Positions 1 to 5,422 of a DNA stretch of 8,040 nt are shown one piece after another (within the stretch, counting starts at the first letter, position 1; every line of letters starts with the position of its first letter). The notes under the pieces are model-generated. The model ran no database searches and was not told the DNA's origin. It was given only the letters and a program-made list of their open reading frames with translations. Position numbers and translations under genes: made by a program. The DNA comes from Candidatus Wukongarchaeum yapensis (lineage in GTDB: Archaea > Asgardarchaeota > Wukongarchaeia > Wukongarchaeales > Wukongarchaeaceae). The stretch lies in assembly GCA_016840425.1 (NCBI GenBank), contig JAEOSI010000091.1, positions 1 through 8,040 of the forward strand, read 5' to 3'.

Positions 1-142
1 TTCCGACAAACTTTTTATCTTTGACTACGGGTAGTCTGCGAAACCCGTTTACATCCATTATGCAGATTGCTTGTTCTACTGTTTGTCCTTCTTCCGCGAT
101 GAAAACCTCTTTTGTAGCATATTTGAAAACTTCTAAACTCAT
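1..142 (-). CDS. CBS-domain protein, N-terminal part (runs off the left edge)
   Basis: Hand translation from ATG at 142: MSLEVFKYATKEVFIAEEGQTVEQAICIMDVNGFRRLPVVKDKKFVG. This fits the CBS pattern (T-V-x-x-A-x-x-x-M-x3-F-R-R-L-P-V-V-x4-V-G). SD GGAGGT at 156-151, 8 nt upstream. Missed by the ORF track. Confidence 0.88.
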   Translation of the reverse strand, partial: MSLEVFKYATKEVFIAEEGQTVEQAICIMDVNGFRRLPVVKDKKFVG

Positions 143-257
143 CTGAGATAACCTCCATGAATCTTTAAAAGAAAAGCTTGTGAAAATTTACAGTTCCATT
201 TTACAAAAAAAAGTAGAGTTGATAAAGGTAACTATAAAACTATAAAAGTTATTTGCT

Positions 258-277
258 AAAAAAGAAAAAAAGAGAAA
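258..277 (-). terminator. Oligo-T tract, putative intrinsic archaeal terminator after the 37-aa ORF
   Basis: Minus strand reads TTTCTCTTTTTTTCTTTTTT, starting about 24 nt after the stop at 301. Confidence 0.5.
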
Positions 278-300
278 GTTATGGTTTAGAGATCTACGTT

Positions 301-414
301 TTATAAGAGAAGCCACACTGCTACTACAGCCACTACCGCAATAGCTGCGAGAATCAACATGTCATGTATGCATAAACCCTCTTTATCTTTACACAGGGGA
401 CAAATTAGACCCAT
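301..414 (-). CDS. 37-aa microprotein: CxxC-x6-CxH motif followed by one C-terminal transmembrane helix
   Basis: MGLICPLCKDKEGLCIHDMLILAAIAVVAVVAVWLLL*. SD-like GGTGGT 4 nt upstream of the ATG, an in-frame stop immediately upstream, a downstream T-tract, and a 19-residue hydrophobic tail. Below the ORF-track cutoff. Confidence 0.7.
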   Translation of the reverse strand: MGLICPLCKDKEGLCIHDMLILAAIAVVAVVAVWLLL

Positions 415-476
415 TTATACCACCGATTATTTTAATTGTGGGAAACTCCCGCCTACCTTATTTATCGCAGCTAGAG

Positions 477-484
477 GTTATAAA
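477..484 (-). promoter_or_regulatory. Candidate TATA box (TTTATAAC) for the microprotein gene
   Basis: Minus strand GATAAATATG-TTTATAAC, about 63 nt upstream of the ATG at 414. A small inverted repeat GTGGGA-AAC-TCCCGC (438-452) lies near the implied transcription start. Confidence 0.3.
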
Positions 485-548
485 CATATTTATCAAAGTA
501 AAACCGAGTTAAGTGAGAAACTATTTTCTTAGAGATAGAGAGCAGTTT

Positions 549-564
549 AATAAAAGCAAAAAGA
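549..564 (-). terminator. Oligo-T tract, putative terminator of the purM-purP transcript
   Basis: Minus strand TCTTTTTGCTTTTATT, about 57 nt downstream of the purP stop. Confidence 0.4.
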
Positions 565-620
565 TGGGAGGGTTTATGATTTGTTTTATTGTTATTAAAT
601 CAACTTTTTTATTTTTGGTT

Positions 621-1808
621 TTATGTTACTATTTTTTCGAGCATATTGTGTTTTATTGCTCTTTTTATTTCTAGAGCGGTTCTTCTGCCACTGCTCATTC
701 TTTTTCTCCATAAGACATTGCCATAAGGATGGCCCCAAAATGCGTGGACGTTTGTTCCTCCGCCTATCCTGAAAGCTACGTCGTACACTACTGGTTCCAT
801 TTCAGGTTTTATAATTGTTTGGAGGCAAAAAGCGCCTATTATTCCCGGTTTGAAATATTTTTGTGTGGCTTTGACAAATTTTTCCCCTATTTCGAAGACA
901 TATCTTAGTATTGATTCTCTTGCTGTGCATATATTGTGACCTACAACGATGTATAGTGGTTCTTTCATACTATTTGGTAGTTCTAGTTGTTGTTGGGCAG
1001 GTAATCTTATGTATCCGTCTAAGTTGCTTTCAAATCTCCAATCAATGCCTAAAAGTTCCAAGGGCTCATCGCCTAACTCCTCGCTTATTAGGCTGTAGAA
1101 ATAGTCAAAGTTAAAAACTGGTCCTATGATATACTCTTCCATTCTTGCTTTTTCCAAGTCTTCTTTTGTGATTATGCCGCGTTTTATCAGTCGTTCTGCT
1201 TTTTCTTCGTATTCTTTTTTGGTTGAGGCTGTGAAGAATCCTCGTTCTAGTTTCATTTTTGCGTGGTGTAATTTTACCATTACAAGGCCTAATTCGTCTA
1301 TTTCTTCAGGAGATTCTAGTTTTTTGGGGGTTTTTATGCCGCCTTTTTCGCAAAGGCTGTAATAGTCGGCTATTTCTCCCTCTTCTCCCTCTTCGCCTCT
1401 TTTCCCTCTTTCTTCTATACGAAGCATGTTTCTTGAGCCCATGAGAGGTACTCTGAACTCATTTTCTATTTGATCCTCTCCCACATAAACGGTAAAGGCA
1501 CGGTTCGGCACAATTATCATGTTTTTTTCGCGCATAAACTCCTGTTTTTGAAGCATCTCTTTAAAAGAATTCAAAACTATCGCGTTATCAACACAACCAC
1601 ACACAAGGTTCCCATCTAAATATTTTGATTTTAGGTATTTAGTGTACGGTTTTTCTCGGTCTTTCTGGCAAAAAGCGTAAGTTTCAAACCCTTCGTCTTT
1701 GGCACCGTCTGTGATATCGAGAGCAGAATGAGAACCTATGGTACCAATAGTTATTTTTGATTTATCATACTTTTCAACTATTTTGTGTACTTCCTCTAAA
1801 CTTATCAT
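621..1808 (-). CDS. purP: PurP-family ATP-grasp formate-dependent formyltransferase (FAICAR synthetase-like, DUF1246/DUF1297 domains), long ERGFF-type clade
   Basis: Motifs IGTIGSHSALDI..GAKDEGF, IVPNRAF, VKL...ERGFF, GPVFNFDYF, DWRFESNLDG..RLPA, GHN..TARES, GAFCLQ, YDVAFRIGGGTN. SD AGGAGAG at 1826-1820. Located in a pur cluster. The exact step it catalyses is not certain for this clade. Confidence 0.9.
   Translation of the reverse strand: MISLEEVHKIVEKYDKSKITIGTIGSHSALDITDGAKDEGFETYAFCQKDREKPYTKYLKSKYLDGNLVCGCVDNAIVLNSFKEMLQKQEFMREKNMIIVPNRAFTVYVGEDQIENEFRVPLMGSRNMLRIEERGKRGEEGEEGEIADYYSLCEKGGIKTPKKLESPEEIDELGLVMVKLHHAKMKLERGFFTASTKKEYEEKAERLIKRGIITKEDLEKARMEEYIIGPVFNFDYFYSLISEELGDEPLELLGIDWRFESNLDGYIRLPAQQQLELPNSMKEPLYIVVGHNICTARESILRYVFEIGEKFVKATQKYFKPGIIGAFCLQTIIKPEMEPVVYDVAFRIGGGTNVHAFWGHPYGNVLWRKRMSSGRRTALEIKRAIKHNMLEKIVT
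1371..1411 (-). repeat. Purine-rich 9-nt tandem micro-repeat inside purP (GAAGAGGGA x2 plus degenerate copies) encoding ERGKRGEEGEEGE
   Basis: Read directly from the sequence; in-frame low-complexity stretch. Confidence 0.6.
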
Positions 1809-1832
1809 TTTTTACTAAACTCTCCTTTCGAA

Positions 1833-1850
1833 AGCTTAAGTTTTCTTTCT
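1833..1850 (-). promoter_or_regulatory. Possible internal BRE/TATA for purP
   Basis: Minus strand AGAAAGAAAA-CTTAAGCT in the 58-bp purM-purP gap, about 25 nt upstream of the ATG. Confidence 0.25.
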
Positions 1851-1866
1851 CAAGATATTATTTTGT

Positions 1867-2925
1867 TTAAAATTTAATGGTTTCTTTTTCAGTTTTTATT
1901 TTTATCGCGCCCTCTTTGTTTGTGACTTTTCCTATTGTTTGGGCTTTTGTTCCGCGGTTTTTGCATATTCTAATTACTGTTTCACCCTCTTCTTTTGGGC
2001 AAATGATGCAAAAACCTATGCCTTGATTAAAGGTCCTGTACATTTCTTGTGTTTTGACATTTCCAAGCCTTTTAATTGATTTAAAAATTGGCAGGGAGTC
2101 GGGCATATTATCTAATTCGAATCCTAAATTAGCTATTTTCCCTACTCTTTTAAGTTTTGTAAAGCCTCCTCCTGTTATGTTTACTAATCCGTTAACGGTT
2201 GTTTTTTTAATAATTTCCATAACTTCAGGTACATATATTTTTGTGGGTTTTAACAGTTCTTCTCCTACGATAAATCCTTCTTCAACCTCATCATAGATCT
2301 TTAGCTTGGCGATGTCGAAGAAGACTTTTCTTGCTAAAGAAAGACCGTTGCTGTGAATCCCACTACTTTCAAGACCTATTATAACGTCTTCAACTTTTAT
2401 CTTATCTCCGAGGATTAAGTCTGATTTTTCCACGAATCCTAGAACTGTTACCGATATATCGAACCCTATTTTTCCAGTGATTCCTGTTATTACTCCAAGG
2501 TATGGTGCTGTTTCGCCTCCAACTATGGCGGTTTTTGCCTGTTTTGCCCCTTCAACTATTCCTTTTAGGAGATCTTCAACTAATTTTGGATCCATTTTTT
2601 CAAGGGCTATTGTATCCACTAAAGCTATGGGTTCTGCACCGACGCATAACGTATCATTAACGCTCATAGCTACGCCATCTATGCCAATAGTATCGTATTT
2701 ATCCATCATTTGTGCTACAAGAACTTTTGTTCCCACTCCATCAGTGTGGAGTGTAACGATTTTCTCCCCGATTTGGATAAGACCTGCGAAGTGTCCAAAA
2801 ACCCTTAAAACCTCTTTTCTAGCTTCACAGGTGCTCATAATCATCTTTAGAATTCGTTCTTTTGAAGAATCTAAAAGATCGATATCGACTCCCGCCTCCG
2901 CATAAGTTATAGATTTTTCACCCAA
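1867..2925 (-). CDS. purM: Phosphoribosylformylglycinamidine cyclo-ligase (AIR synthetase)
   Basis: Motifs ITYAEAGVDI, TDGVGTK, MSVNDTLCVGAEP, GGETA, SSGIHSNG, xITGGG, RTFNxGIG. TTG start with SD GAGGGGT at 2937-2931. Confidence 0.97.
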   Translation of the reverse strand: MGEKSITYAEAGVDIDLLDSSKERILKMIMSTCEARKEVLRVFGHFAGLIQIGEKIVTLHTDGVGTKVLVAQMMDKYDTIGIDGVAMSVNDTLCVGAEPIALVDTIALEKMDPKLVEDLLKGIVEGAKQAKTAIVGGETAPYLGVITGITGKIGFDISVTVLGFVEKSDLILGDKIKVEDVIIGLESSGIHSNGLSLARKVFFDIAKLKIYDEVEEGFIVGEELLKPTKIYVPEVMEIIKKTTVNGLVNITGGGFTKLKRVGKIANLGFELDNMPDSLPIFKSIKRLGNVKTQEMYRTFNQGIGFCIICPKEEGETVIRICKNRGTKAQTIGKVTNKEGAIKIKTEKETIKF

Positions 2926-2963
2926 TTTTTACCCCTCGAAACTTCTTTTAAAGGCTTTTTCAT
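2907..2963 (-). other. Upstream mini-ORF MKKPLKEVSRGKNWVKNL*; first 12 aa identical to PurC; overlaps the purM start out of frame
   Basis: This is the copy of the purC start codon and first codons inside the left inverted repeat. Whether it is translated is unknown. Confidence 0.5.
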
Positions 2964-2973
2964 GCCTTTTCAT
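2929..2973 (-). other. Second upstream mini-ORF MKRHEKAFKRSFEG*, in frame with purM and ending 3 nt before its TTG
   Basis: ATG at 2973-2971, TAA at 2931-2929, then AAA TTG. Whether it is translated is unknown. Confidence 0.4.
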
Positions 2974-3002
2974 GCCCCTTAACTTGACTTTACTTAAAAC
3001 AA

Positions 3003-3016
3003 TATTAAAACTTTTG
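3003..3016 (-). promoter_or_regulatory. Candidate BRE-TATA for purM (CAAAAG-TTTTAATA)
   Basis: Lies at nearly the same position within the repeat as the purC BRE-TATA (2-nt offset). Confidence 0.45.
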
Positions 3017-3105
3017 TGTATATTTTGTATATATCGGAAGATAATATGTGTTTTTTATACAATTTTATGTTAAAAAAAGCAATTCTTCAAAAATTTGGAA
3101 AAAGG

Positions 3106-4191
3106 TTAATATGTGTTTTTTAGCCATTCTTTAAGCCTTTGTGTGGGTGTAACGTATATGTTGTCAAGGATTGTTCCTTTTGCTTCTTTTATTTTTAAAA
3201 CTTCTATTAATGGCTTATTCGCTCCTCCCGCTAATCCGTTGGCGATTATGGCTGCTCCTTGTGCTGCTTCTTTGGTTTCTGGATCCAGTTTTTCTACTGG
3301 AAATATTTTTGCTTTGAGAAGGTTTTCACGTAACTTTTTAATCAAGCGCTTATTTTGGCCGTAACGCCCGGATAAATAGATTAAAGGTTCTTCTTCCGTT
3401 GTGGGATATACAGAGGGAATTAGACGATAGATGTCTTTTATTATTCCATCTAAATAAGCGTTTAAAGCTGTTTCATATTCTTTTTTTCCTTCTTCTGCTT
3501 TAATTATCAGATCCTCTATAGAGATTTCTAGGTTTTTTAAAAGATCCGTTATTCCGCCGCTTATAACCAAGTTTTTTTCAATATCACCTAAGAGGTATGC
3601 TAACTCGGCATCGAGGAAGCCGCAGCTTCTAAAGCCTATTGTTGCGCAACTTCCTCCTATGCCGTCGACAATGCCTCCATTTTTAACCGCTATGAAAGCG
3701 TTAAAGGCATAACCTAATTCAGCAAGAATAAAAGAGGATTCTTCATATTTTTGCCCTGTTTTTTCCCTATGTTGGAAGAGGGCGAAGGCGGTTGCACAAA
3801 CTTTGTCTGCGGTTCCCATGTCTATCCTGTTTGTTTTTCGCCATTTGGGAACTGTTGATAAGTGTTTTACACCAGGTACTGTGAAACAACGTGCGCCACG
3901 CCTTGATAGAAAACTGAGGACTTTTCTAATGCCAAGTGTAGATTTTTCTGTAGATTTTAGTGTTACAAGTAGTAGATCTTTTTCGGTTAAAGTGCTTATG
4001 TCTTTTACGGGTAATCCATATCCGCTAGGGGCCACTACACAGACTAAATCTTCTCCTACTAAGCTAGCTATAAGTTCAGGATCTGAGACAACTTCACGGG
4101 TTAGAAAAGATTTGCTTAAAAAGACCTCGCCGTCTTCGAGACCACAGATGTCATAACTAAAGCTTCCTGGATCGATGCCAAGGGTTTTCAC
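3106..4191 (-). CDS. DUF1464-family protein (predicted butyrate/acetate-kinase-like, ASKHA fold)
   Basis: Phosphate-1 motif GIDPGS, then APSGYGLP, DMGTADKV, ELGYAFNAFIAV..G.IVDGIGG, LDAELAYL, YLSGR, EAAQGAAIIANGLAGG, which together match DUF1464 as I recall the family. GTG start with GAGG about 9 nt upstream. Confidence 0.85.
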   Translation of the reverse strand: MKTLGIDPGSFSYDICGLEDGEVFLSKSFLTREVVSDPELIASLVGEDLVCVVAPSGYGLPVKDISTLTEKDLLLVTLKSTEKSTLGIRKVLSFLSRRGARCFTVPGVKHLSTVPKWRKTNRIDMGTADKVCATAFALFQHREKTGQKYEESSFILAELGYAFNAFIAVKNGGIVDGIGGSCATIGFRSCGFLDAELAYLLGDIEKNLVISGGITDLLKNLEISIEDLIIKAEEGKKEYETALNAYLDGIIKDIYRLIPSVYPTTEEEPLIYLSGRYGQNKRLIKKLRENLLKAKIFPVEKLDPETKEAAQGAAIIANGLAGGANKPLIEVLKIKEAKGTILDNIYVTPTQRLKEWLKNTY

Positions 4192-4224
4192 TTTGAAGAA
4201 CCTCGCTATAAAAACCCGTGAATG

Positions 4225-4234
4225 TTTTATAAAA
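4225..4234 (-). promoter_or_regulatory. Candidate TATA (palindromic TTTTATAAAA) for the DUF1464 gene, lying inside the repeat-bounded segment
   Basis: About 34 nt upstream of the GTG at 4191. Confidence 0.35.
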
Positions 4235-4252
4235 TAGTTTAGCTTTCAGAAA

Positions 4253-4419
4253 TTTTGAAGAATTGTTATTTTTTAACATAAAATTGTATAAAAAACATGT
4301 GTTACTCAAAGATATATACAAAAGTTTAGAAAATTTTATAATATTGTTTTAAGTAAAGTCAAGTTAAGGGGCATGAAAAGGCATGAAAAAGCCTTTAAAA
4401 GAAGTTTCTAGGGGCAAAA
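4253..4419 (+). repeat. Right arm of ~167-bp inverted repeat (promoter/leader and first 12 codons of purC)
   Basis: See left arm. About 145 of 167 positions match by hand alignment, with one indel. Contains the tandem GCATGAAAAG/GCATGAAAAA (4371-4390). Confidence 0.97.
4328..4341 (+). promoter_or_regulatory. Candidate BRE-TATA for purCSQL (AGAAAA-TTTTATAA)
   Basis: Purine-rich BRE directly followed by a canonical TATA. Implies a transcription start near 4365, just before the AGGGG SD (4367-4371). Confidence 0.55.
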
Positions 4420-5111
4420 CAAAGCAGGTTTATTCTACAGAAGACCCCACGCAGGTGATTCTCGAATTTTCTGACAGAATTACTGCCGGGGATGGTAAAA
4501 AACGTGATGAATTGCCCAATAAAGGCGTTTTGAACTGTGGAATTTCCACGAAATTACTACAACTTCTTGAGCAGACAGACATCCCCACCCATTACATAGA
4601 AACAATAGGCAAGGATAAGATGCTCGTTAGAAAACTGGAAATGCTCCCCTTGGAAGTTGTTTTAAGAAATATTGCGACGGGAAGCTTGATTAAGCGTTTA
4701 CAAATGATTAAGGAAAAAACTGTTTTAAAAAGGCCTATAGTCGAGTTTTTCTTGAAAAACGATGAGTATCATGACCCTTTCCTTTCTGAAGAGTATATAG
4801 CCCTATTAGAAATTGCGACACCTGAGGAAATAGAAGAGATGATAAGGCTTGCAAAAAAAGCAAACGATGTTTTATTACCTTTCTTTAAGAAAATCGGCAT
4901 AGACTTGGTAGATTTTAAACTTGAATTCGGCGGAGATACTGCGGGCATTTTGAGAATAGGAGACGAGATAAATCCAGACAGTATGAGGCTATGGGATACA
5001 GCAACTGGAAGGATACTGGATAAAGACAGGTATAGGAAAGACTTAGGGCAGGTAATTGAACACTATATCGAAGTTTACGAACGTGTAACAGGGAAAAAAT
5101 TCGAAGGATAA
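4383..5111 (+). CDS. purC: Phosphoribosylaminoimidazole-succinocarboxamide (SAICAR) synthase
   Basis: Motifs RGKTK.VY, FSDRITAGDG, EVVLRNIATGSL, EFFLKND, DFKLEFG, DEINPDSMRLWD, DKDRYR. Confidence 0.98.
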   Translation: MKKPLKEVSRGKTKQVYSTEDPTQVILEFSDRITAGDGKKRDELPNKGVLNCGISTKLLQLLEQTDIPTHYIETIGKDKMLVRKLEMLPLEVVLRNIATGSLIKRLQMIKEKTVLKRPIVEFFLKNDEYHDPFLSEEYIALLEIATPEEIEEMIRLAKKANDVLLPFFKKIGIDLVDFKLEFGGDTAGILRIGDEINPDSMRLWDTATGRILDKDRYRKDLGQVIEHYIEVYERVTGKKFEG

Positions 5112-5146
5112 ATGATTGTTTAATAAGAGTGAGAGTGCGTGATAAA

Positions 5147-5422
5147 TTGCCACAAAAATACACCGTAGAAATAATTATTGAAAACAAGCCTGCTGCAAGG
5201 GATCCGGAAGGAGAAACTGTGATGCGCGATCTTGTGCATAAGTCAGGTTATACTAACATTAAATCGGTAAGGACAGGGAAAATCTTGCGCTTAAACTTAG
5301 AAGCTTCCAGTGAAGCAGAGGCAAAAGATACCGTGATAAGGATGGTTAATGAGCTTAGAATTTACAACCCAGTAGCCCACATTTATCGTGTTGAGATAAA
5401 AGATAAGAGAGGAGAAAGTTGA
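5147..5422 (+). CDS. purS: FGAM synthase subunit PurS
   Basis: VEIIIENKP..RDPEGETV, SVRTGK, RIYNPV. The TTG at 5147 (MPQKYTVEI..., 91 aa) gives a typical PurS N-terminus. The ORF is open from the GTG at 5129, so the start is uncertain. Confidence 0.93.
   Translation: MPQKYTVEIIIENKPAARDPEGETVMRDLVHKSGYTNIKSVRTGKILRLNLEASSEAEAKDTVIRMVNELRIYNPVAHIYRVEIKDKRGES

Larger units (their letters stand above)
2927..3092 (-). repeat. Left arm of ~166-bp inverted repeat (promoter/leader of purM)
   Basis: The reverse complement aligns to 4253-4419. Perfect blocks: 2938-3007/4339-4408 (70 bp), 3023-3035/4311-4323 (13 bp), 3049-3077/4269-4297 (29 bp), 3080-3092/4253-4265 (13 bp). Confidence 0.97.

Noticed and set aside
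911-1444. Plus-strand ORFs 911-1114, 1126-1362 and 1259-1444
   Set aside because: Antisense shadows of purP with no SD, no motifs and atypical composition.
1825-1834. Palindrome CTTTCGAAAG next to the purP SD
   Set aside because: Only 10 bp and too weak as a hairpin; expected by chance.
2054-2905. Plus-strand ORFs 2054-2296 and 2477-2905
   Set aside because: Antisense mirrors of purM codons with no independent evidence.
3113-4156. Plus-strand ORFs 3113-3364 and 3803-4156
   Set aside because: Antisense to the DUF1464 gene; Ser/Thr/Phe-rich shadow composition.
4371-4390. CRISPR or tandem array from the GCATGAAAA repeats
   Set aside because: Only two adjacent 10-bp units per arm and no spacers.
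2927-4419. Interpretation as an IS element or MITE with terminal inverted repeats
   Set aside because: No transposase, no evident target-site duplication, and the repeats consist of host promoter and purC sequence.
4340-4420. Purine or ZTP riboswitch in the shared leader
   Set aside because: I see no consensus of known ZMP/ZTP, guanine or PRPP aptamers, and the A-rich leader has little pairing potential. An Infernal/Rfam search would settle it.
4915-5187. Minus-strand 90-aa ORF
   Set aside because: Overlaps purC and purS antisense; no recognisable features.
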